Assembly (NCBI RefSeq): GCF_000017845.1
Contig: NC_010546.1
Coordinates: 480,001 to 512,000, forward strand
DNA: 32,000 nt
Direction of reading: 5' to 3'
Source: Crocosphaera subtropica ATCC 51142
GTDB lineage: Bacteria; Cyanobacteriota; Cyanobacteriia; Cyanobacteriales; Microcystaceae
The notes beneath the pieces are model-generated. The model saw only the letters and a program-made list of their open reading frames with translations, had not been told where the DNA came from and did no database searches. Shown here in pieces: positions 26,024 through 32,000 of this stretch (positions are counted from its first letter, which is position 1; each line of letters starts with the position of its first letter). The position numbers and the translations under genes are program-made.

Positions 26024-27733
26024 ATGATGGTTAATCTTGGCACACAAAAAACGTCTTTTTTTCATCCCTCCCAAACCAATTTATTACTCTCTACCCAAGC
26101 TAGTTATTCAGGAAATGCTACCTTAGAAAAAGATAGTGAAGAAGCTATTATTCGTCCCAGTTATGGGTTAGAAAACTTAGGAATTCATAATATCGGTCGA
26201 GTTTATCGCAATTTACCCGTTGCCCAATTAGTTGAACACGCCTTAATCAGAGGAGAAGGAACTCTTGTTGATAACGGTGCCTTATTAGTGGAAACTGGTC
26301 AATATACAGGTCGTTCTCCTAACGATCGCTTTATTGTTAAAGAGTCCAGTAGTGAAGCGGAAATTGACTGGAACCAGCATAATGTTGCCATTTCCGAAGC
26401 TAAATTTAATCAACTGTATCAAAAAGTTATTGCCTATCTTCAAGGGCGAGATATCTACATTTTTGATGGTTATGTTGGGGCCGATACCAATTATCGTTGT
26501 GGTGTACGGATTGTTAATGAATTAGCGTCCCAAAACCTCTTTGTCCATCAATTATTTATTCGACCCTCACCCGAAGAATTAAACCATCATCAAGCAGATT
26601 TTACGGTTATTGCTGTACCAGGATTACAGGGAGATCCCCAAAGGGATGACATTCGCAGTGAAGCCTTTATTGTGGTTCATTTACAGAAAAGATTAGTGAT
26701 AATTGGCGGTTCTCGTTACTCAGGAGAGATCAAAAAATCCGTCTTTTTAATGATGAATTACTTCATGACCAAACGAGATGTCTTGCCCATGCACGGTGCA
26801 GCTAATATTGATAAACGAGGTCATACTAACCTCTTTTTCGGCCTATCAGGAACGGGAAAAACCACCCTTTCTGCTGACCCGGACTGTCGTTTAATTGGGG
26901 ATGATGAACACGGTTGGTCAGAGTCTGGCCTTTTCAATTTTGAAGGGGGATGTTACGCCAAAACCATCCGTTTATCCCAAGAACATGAACCGCAAATCTG
27001 GGCTGCTATTAAGTTTGGAACCCTCTTAGAAAATGTCATTGTTGACCCCGAAACCCAAATTCCTGACTACGATGATGGTCGTTTAACGGAAAACACCCGC
27101 GCTGCTTATCCCTTGCGCTATATTCCTAACTGTTCCACGTCCGCTATGGGAAGCCATCCCAAAACCATCTTTTTCTTAACGGCTGATGCGTTTGGGGTGT
27201 TACCCCCTATTGCCAAACTGACTAAAGAACAGGCCATGTACCATTTTTTGGCTGGATACACCAGTAAACTCGCAGGAACAGAACGGGATATTACTGCACC
27301 TCAAGCCACTTTTTCCGCTTGTTTTGGTCAATGTTTCTTCCCCTTATCTCCCACAGTGTATGCTGAAATGTTAGGGAAACGACTGGATCAACATCATGAA
27401 ACCAATGTCTTTTTGATTAACACCGGTTGGTCAGGGGGTCCTTATGGAGTAGGTCATCGTATTGCGATTAAGCATACTAGGGCTATGGTTACAGCAGCCT
27501 TGAATGGACAATTAGATCAGGTGAAGTATCATCCCCATCCTATTTTTAAAGTCTTAGTTCCTGAAAAAGTTACGGGGGTTCCCCATCGTATTCTAGACCC
27601 CCAAAACACTTGGGATGATGCCGAAGCCTATCAACAACAAGCCTTAGAATTAGCTTATCGTTTCGAGGCCAATTTTCAACAATTTAAGGATGTTCCTGCT
27701 GATATTATGTCTGCTGGCCCAGTAGTGGGTTGA
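26024..27733 (+). CDS. pckA: phosphoenolpyruvate carboxykinase (ATP)
   Basis: The ATP-PEPCK signature is present: TGRSPNDRF, the kinase-1a loop (FFGLSGTGKTTLS), LIGDDEHGW and FEGGCYAK. GGAG lies 6 nt upstream of the ATG. Confidence 0.95.
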   Translation: MMVNLGTQKTSFFHPSQTNLLLSTQASYSGNATLEKDSEEAIIRPSYGLENLGIHNIGRVYRNLPVAQLVEHALIRGEGTLVDNGALLVETGQYTGRSPNDRFIVKESSSEAEIDWNQHNVAISEAKFNQLYQKVIAYLQGRDIYIFDGYVGADTNYRCGVRIVNELASQNLFVHQLFIRPSPEELNHHQADFTVIAVPGLQGDPQRDDIRSEAFIVVHLQKRLVIIGGSRYSGEIKKSVFLMMNYFMTKRDVLPMHGAANIDKRGHTNLFFGLSGTGKTTLSADPDCRLIGDDEHGWSESGLFNFEGGCYAKTIRLSQEHEPQIWAAIKFGTLLENVIVDPETQIPDYDDGRLTENTRAAYPLRYIPNCSTSAMGSHPKTIFFLTADAFGVLPPIAKLTKEQAMYHFLAGYTSKLAGTERDITAPQATFSACFGQCFFPLSPTVYAEMLGKRLDQHHETNVFLINTGWSGGPYGVGHRIAIKHTRAMVTAALNGQLDQVKYHPHPIFKVLVPEKVTGVPHRILDPQNTWDDAEAYQQQALELAYRFEANFQQFKDVPADIMSAGPVVG

Positions 27734-27818
27734 CACTCTCCCGTTAATTGCTAATACAATTTAACGTGAGGTCGGAGTTAGAATTCTTACCCAATAGGTC
27801 AGCATCGGGTAGTTCACC

Positions 27819-29267
27819 TTAACCCCTATGCCAAATGGTAACACCTCCCGGTTGATCGACTAAGATAACTCCTTGTTCTTTTAACTCATCTCGAATGCGA
27901 TCGCTTTCGGCAAAATTCTTATTTTTTCGGGCTTCTTTTCTCTTTTCAATGAATGCTTCAATTGCAGCATCATCTAACCCGTCACTTTTTTCACTGTTCA
28001 CTGGATTGCTATCCGCTTCTAACCCTAAAACAGTAGCTAAAGCTATTAAGGTCTGCCATTGTTTTTGTAACAATTCTGAAGGGGTTTCAGTTTTCCCTTG
28101 ATGCACCAATAAATTCCCTTCTTTGCGTAATTCCTTAGCGATTTCAAATAAAACGGCTAAGCCACCAGCAAAATTAAAATCATCGTCTACCGTATCTTGA
28201 AACCGTTGGATAAACTCAGGTAACAACTCAGACCTATTTTCTTTAAACCCTAACTTACTACCCTGTTGAAAGCCAAATAATAACCCTTCGGATAAAGTTT
28301 GCCACCCTTTCGTGGCTGCTTCTAAGGCTTCATCGGTAAAATCGACGGGTTTGCGATAATGGGCTTGCAAAATAAACAACCTTACAGCCATCGGGTCAAA
28401 TTTCTCTAATAATTCCCGAATAGTCGTAAAATTGCCTAAAGACTTCGACATTTTTTCCCCACCCACCTTAACCATACCATTGTGTAACCAATAACGAGCT
28501 AAAGGTTTCCCCGTTGCTGCTTCTGACTGGGCGATCTCGTTTTCATGATGAGGAAAAATGAGATCACTTCCCCCTACATGAATATCAATGGTTTCGCCGA
28601 GTCTCTCCCTGACCATAGCAGAACATTCAATATGCCATCCTGGGCGACCTTTTCCCCAAGGAGAGTCCCAAGCCGGTTCCCCTGGTTTAGCGGATTTCCA
28701 CACCGCAAAGTCCGCCGGATCTTTTTTCTTGCTGGCTTCAGCGTCTTCTACTGCAACTCTACCACTGGCCCCTGCTTGTAAGTCTTCTAATTTACGGCCA
28801 GATAGCTTACCGTAGGGTTTAAACTGATGCACATTATAGTAAACGTCTCCCTCTGAAGCATAAGCGTATCCCTTTGCTTCCAACTCGGATACTAAGCGTT
28901 GAATCCCATTCAGGGTGTGGGTAGCGCGAGGGTAAGCGTCAGCTTTAGCTACGTTGAGGCATTCCATATCTTCAAAATACGCCTCAATAAACCGTTCTGA
29001 CACCGCTTCCATCGTTGTTTTTTCTTGTCTGGCACGGTTCAAGATTTTATCGTCAATATCGGTAAAATTCTGAATGTAGGTGACATCATAGCCACGCCAT
29101 TGCAAATAACGCCGTACTACATCCCAAACAATACAAGTTCTCGCATGACCTAAGTGACAGTAATCATACACGGTAATGCCACAGCAATACATCTTGACTT
29201 TACCTTCTTCGATGGTGGTAAAAGGTTCTTTGTTGCGAGTTAAGGTGTTGTATACGGTTAGTGTCAT
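27819..29267 (-). CDS. cysS: cysteine--tRNA ligase
   Basis: This is a class I synthetase with HIGH (HLGHA) and KMSKS motifs, plus the Zn-binding Cys residues (CGITVYD, HIEC). Confidence 0.97.
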   Translation of the reverse strand: MTLTVYNTLTRNKEPFTTIEEGKVKMYCCGITVYDYCHLGHARTCIVWDVVRRYLQWRGYDVTYIQNFTDIDDKILNRARQEKTTMEAVSERFIEAYFEDMECLNVAKADAYPRATHTLNGIQRLVSELEAKGYAYASEGDVYYNVHQFKPYGKLSGRKLEDLQAGASGRVAVEDAEASKKKDPADFAVWKSAKPGEPAWDSPWGKGRPGWHIECSAMVRERLGETIDIHVGGSDLIFPHHENEIAQSEAATGKPLARYWLHNGMVKVGGEKMSKSLGNFTTIRELLEKFDPMAVRLFILQAHYRKPVDFTDEALEAATKGWQTLSEGLLFGFQQGSKLGFKENRSELLPEFIQRFQDTVDDDFNFAGGLAVLFEIAKELRKEGNLLVHQGKTETPSELLQKQWQTLIALATVLGLEADSNPVNSEKSDGLDDAAIEAFIEKRKEARKNKNFAESDRIRDELKEQGVILVDQPGGVTIWHRG

Positions 29268-29400
29268 AGGTCAGTCATCATTGATCACCTTATCAGTTAT
29301 CAGTTTTTTCACTCATCACTGATCAAGTTACATAATATTTTAGATGCGATCGCTTACGTTTAGTCCTATTAATATGAAATCTCTTTGAATACTGCACTTT

Positions 29401-29454
29401 ATAGTAGGGTAAGCAAAGGGAGCAGAGGAAGCAGTAGTTTCAAACCCCTATTAT
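29401..29454 (+). repeat. hairpin-flanked G-rich element related to the 15.1-kb heptamer array
   Basis: The arms pair ATAGTAGGG (29401-09) with CCCTATTAT (29446-54) over 9 bp, including one G-U pair. They enclose GGGAGCAGAGGAAGCAG (29418-34), which matches GGGAGCAGAGGGAGCA at 15091-15106 in 15 of 16 positions. Confidence 0.6.
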
Positions 29455-29502
29455 CTTGTAAAAAAAGACTCAACTCCGCCACCGAAGGTGCGCATAGCGT
29501 CC

Positions 29503-29530
29503 TCCGAAGTCCGAACTCCTAACACCGAAC
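29503..29530 (+). repeat. tandem heptamer array TCCGAAG-TCCGAAC-TCCTAAC-ACCGAAC
   Basis: Read directly from the sequence: four contiguous degenerate copies of TCCGAAC in a locally GC-rich patch of the cysS-thrB spacer. A further CCGAAG lies at 29482-87. Confidence 0.85.
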
Positions 29531-29574
29531 TCAGGTTAGTAATTAAGCAGATTTCATAATAATTATATACTCGC

Positions 29575-29600
29575 CCGTTAAAATCAAAGATTTTTAACGG
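29575..29600 (+). promoter_or_regulatory. stem-loop in the probable thrB leader
   Basis: A perfect 9-bp stem pairs CCGTTAAAA (29575-83) with TTTTAACGG (29592-600). The loop is 8 nt. The hairpin lies 52 nt upstream of the thrB ATG, and TATATA (29565-70) sits just upstream of it. Confidence 0.3.
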
Positions 29601-29651
29601 AAGATTCTAACGATACAATAAATTGAGAACTTTCAAAAACTATTGTTTTTT

Positions 29652-30569
29652 ATGTCTACTGTTACCGTTACCGTTCCTGCAACAACGGCCAATATTGGAC
29701 CAGGGTTTGACTGTATTGGTGCAGCCCTGACTCTTTATAATCAATTTACCTTTACTGAACAACCAGAGGCTGACACTGATCTCAGGATTACAGTAACAGG
29801 GACAGAAGCCCATCGAGTCAGTGGCGATCGCACTAACCTACTTTATCAAGCCTTTACTCATTTATACGACCATCTCAACAAAACCCCCCCTAAAATCGCC
29901 ATTGATATAAAATTAGGGGTTCCTCTGGCCAGAGGATTAGGAAGCTCTGCGACTGCTATTATTGGGGGGCTAGTGGGGGCAAATGAATTAGCTGGTCAAC
30001 CCCTTTCTACGGCCGAAATCATGGAATTAGCCATTGCGATAGAAGGTCATCCTGATAACGTAGTTCCTGCGTTGTTAGGAAATTGTCAATTATCCGTAGG
30101 AGAAGCCGAAAACTGGGAAATTTGTCAAATTCCTTGGCATTCTGACATTATTCCTGTGGTGGCGATTCCTGACTTTGAATTATCCACAGAAGAAGCTAGG
30201 GCAGTGTTACCGAAAACCTTATCCTATGGGGATGCTATTTTCAATATAGCTCGCATGGGATTATTAATTAGGGCTTTAGAAAGCGGTAACGAACAATGGT
30301 TAAACAAAGCCATGGCCGATAAACTCCATCAACCCTATCGTCAAGGACTGATCGAAGGCTATGAATTTGTGCAAGCATCAGCCCTTAAAGCAGGGGCTTA
30401 TGGTATGGTCATTAGTGGTGCAGGACCGACCCTATTAGCCTTAACCCATCCTGAAAAGATTCAATCGGTAGAAAAGGCTATGAAAAATGCCTGGACACAG
30501 TTGGAGATTGTAGCAGACGTGCGATCGCTTTCTATCGATACCCAAGGAGCAAACGTTAATGCTCATTAG
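29652..30569 (+). CDS. thrB: homoserine kinase
   Basis: The track start at 29643 is TTG, and I prefer ATG 29652 (MSTVTVTVPATTANIGPGFD). The GHMP-kinase motif PLARGLGSSATA and the C-terminal ISGAGPT are present. Confidence 0.95.
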   Translation: MSTVTVTVPATTANIGPGFDCIGAALTLYNQFTFTEQPEADTDLRITVTGTEAHRVSGDRTNLLYQAFTHLYDHLNKTPPKIAIDIKLGVPLARGLGSSATAIIGGLVGANELAGQPLSTAEIMELAIAIEGHPDNVVPALLGNCQLSVGEAENWEICQIPWHSDIIPVVAIPDFELSTEEARAVLPKTLSYGDAIFNIARMGLLIRALESGNEQWLNKAMADKLHQPYRQGLIEGYEFVQASALKAGAYGMVISGAGPTLLALTHPEKIQSVEKAMKNAWTQLEIVADVRSLSIDTQGANVNAH

Positions 30570-30642
30570 GGTGTAAGGAACTTTTTAACCTTAACATTAC
30601 TCATTTAATTTTGACTTAGCTTAACTTAATAAATTAGCCTTA

Positions 30643-31392
30643 ATGGTTAAAGTTAATAATGACATGATACAACAAGAGCTTTTTAAGCAATATAAAAAAG
30701 AAATCGAGAGACTAAATTGCGAGTCGCCTAAAAGTTTGAATCTTTGGAATGCTATTTATTTTTTTATTCCATGGTACAGAAGCGTCCAACCTGGTGCTAA
30801 TCCATTAGATGATGAAATTCCTTGGATTAGTTTTGCTGCTATTGCTTTTCTAAAAAAAAAGTTGAATAAAAAAATGCGAGTTTACGAATATGGTGTAGGG
30901 GGGTCTACTATTTTTTTTGCCAAAAGAGTAAAAGAAGTCATTTCTTGTGAACATGATCCTCATTGGGGAAAAAAAGTTATTAAGCGTTTAAAAAAACTCA
31001 ACTATAAAAATTATAATATTGAAATTCGAGAACCGATTTTAAATTCTGAAGGACTAGATAGAAATCCATCAGATGTTAACTCTTATATTTCCAGTTCTCC
31101 TGATTTAAAAAATTACAGTTTTCAAGACTATGTTGAAAGCATAGAACAATATCCTGATGAATATTTTGATGTAGTTTTAATTGATGGAAGAGCTAGACCC
31201 TCTTGTCTGAAACACACCTTAAATAAGATTAAGAAAAATGGATATATTATTCTAGACAATGCGGAGAGACAAAATTATTCAGAGGCTTGCGCTATGGTAG
31301 ATAATAAAAATTATCCTAGATGGGATTTTTATAGTCCAGGACCTTATAATCTCTATTTTTGGAAAACTTGTATTTGGAAAAAGAGTAATTAA
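30643..31392 (+). CDS. putative class I SAM-dependent methyltransferase (CCoAOMT-like fold), low-GC gene
   Basis: A motif I-like YEYGVGGSTIFFA is followed by a post-motif block FDVVLIDGRARPSCLKHTLNKIKKNGYIILDNAER, which resembles O-methyltransferase family 3 (FIDADK...GG.I..DN). The assignment is tentative. In my hand count the first 120 nt are about 28% GC. Confidence 0.55.
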   Translation: MVKVNNDMIQQELFKQYKKEIERLNCESPKSLNLWNAIYFFIPWYRSVQPGANPLDDEIPWISFAAIAFLKKKLNKKMRVYEYGVGGSTIFFAKRVKEVISCEHDPHWGKKVIKRLKKLNYKNYNIEIREPILNSEGLDRNPSDVNSYISSSPDLKNYSFQDYVESIEQYPDEYFDVVLIDGRARPSCLKHTLNKIKKNGYIILDNAERQNYSEACAMVDNKNYPRWDFYSPGPYNLYFWKTCIWKKSN

Positions 31393-31408
31393 TTAAGAGA
31401 AAAATGAT

Positions 31409-32000
31409 ATGACAGCAAGTTATTATGATCGGTCATTTGCCTTAAATAATCTTGATTTAAAACTAAAAGAATACTTGGATTTTGGTCGTGGTTTTTTTAT
31501 AGAAGCAGGAGGCAATGATGGTATTGCACAATCGAATACGCTCTATTTTGAAAAACATTGGAAATGGAAAGGTATTTTAATTGAACCCATTCCTGAACTT
31601 GCTGAAAAATGTAAAATTAACCGACCTAATTGTATTGTTGAAAACTGTGCTTTAGTACCATTTGACTATGATAAATCTGATATTGATATGTATTATTGTA
31701 ATTTAGTATCAATGGTCAAAGGCGCGCAAAAAACAGAAGAAGCAGAATTACAACATATTCAAAGAGGGTGTGAAGTTCAACAAATCAAGTCTTATGAATT
31801 AAAAGTACCGGCTAGAACATTAACCTCTATTCTCGATCAGTATGGAGTTAAAAATATTGATTTATTATCTTTAGATGTAGAAGGATTTGAGTTAAATGCT
31901 CTAAAAGGTCTTGATTTTGAGCGTTATCAGCCTAATTTTTTATTGATTGAAGCACGTTTTCGGCAAGAAATTGATGATTTTTTAGCTCCTTTATATGAAC
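31409..32000 (+). CDS. FkbM-family methyltransferase (5' part; runs off the window end)
   Basis: This ORF is not in the track because it is open at the edge. ATG 31409 begins MTASYYDRSFALNNLDLKLKEYLDFGRGFFIEAGGNDGIAQSNTLYFEKHWKWKGILIEP...IDLLSLDVEGFELNALKGLDF. The EAGANDG-type and LK(I/L)DVEG.E motifs are typical of FkbM methyltransferases. Confidence 0.8.
   Translation, partial: MTASYYDRSFALNNLDLKLKEYLDFGRGFFIEAGGNDGIAQSNTLYFEKHWKWKGILIEPIPELAEKCKINRPNCIVENCALVPFDYDKSDIDMYYCNLVSMVKGAQKTEEAELQHIQRGCEVQQIKSYELKVPARTLTSILDQYGVKNIDLLSLDVEGFELNALKGLDFERYQPNFLLIEARFRQEIDDFLAPLYE

Noticed and set aside
29515-29525. ACTCCTAACAC, a 10/11 match to the Yfr1 sRNA core motif ACUCCUCACAC.
   Set aside because: Yfr1 needs flanking stem-loops, including a 3' terminator hairpin with a U tail. 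I could fold neither around this site. The match is better explained as part of the TCCGAAC/TCCTAAC heptamer array.

Overview
This window looks like an ordinary core-chromosome segment of an AT-rich unicellular cyanobacterium. It resembles Crocosphaera/Cyanothece, but a species call needs a database search. Three things support the cyanobacterial assignment. The HIP1 octamer GCGATCGC occurs at least 15 times. Lineage-typical genes are present (gun4, ccsA, a CurT/CAAD protein, atx1, a TLP40-like cyclophilin, a pentapeptide-repeat protein and an Asr1405/Asl0597-family protein). Housekeeping genes are densely packed (recJ, rbgA, rpoZ, grxC-gshB, fused pyrF-pyrE, ruvB, pckA, cysS, thrB). I support about 34 protein-coding genes, two of them open at the window edges, plus one gene remnant and several terminator-like hairpins. 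I found no rRNA, tRNA, CRISPR array, transposase, integrase, recognisable toxin-antitoxin pair or known defence genes. I did not find a convincing multi-gene novel system, and claiming one would be overreach. The observations worth a second look are small-scale. (1) Two intergenic tandem heptamer arrays, one of which (GGGAGCA repeats) is a canonical G-quadruplex motif in an AT-rich spacer, with a related G-rich copy in a second spacer. (2) A 152-aa protein built entirely of two MshEN/T2SSE_N-like modules, a candidate stand-alone c-di-GMP receptor. (3) A self-contained 45-codon candidate gene with its own promoter-like element, palindrome and terminator in the rbgA-rpoZ spacer. (4) An abrupt drop to about 28% GC after thrB, where two methyltransferase genes begin, the first carrying several long homopolymer tracts. 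(5) A frameshifted DUF29 gene remnant beside ccsA. All family assignments come from motif recognition by eye and were not checked by any search.
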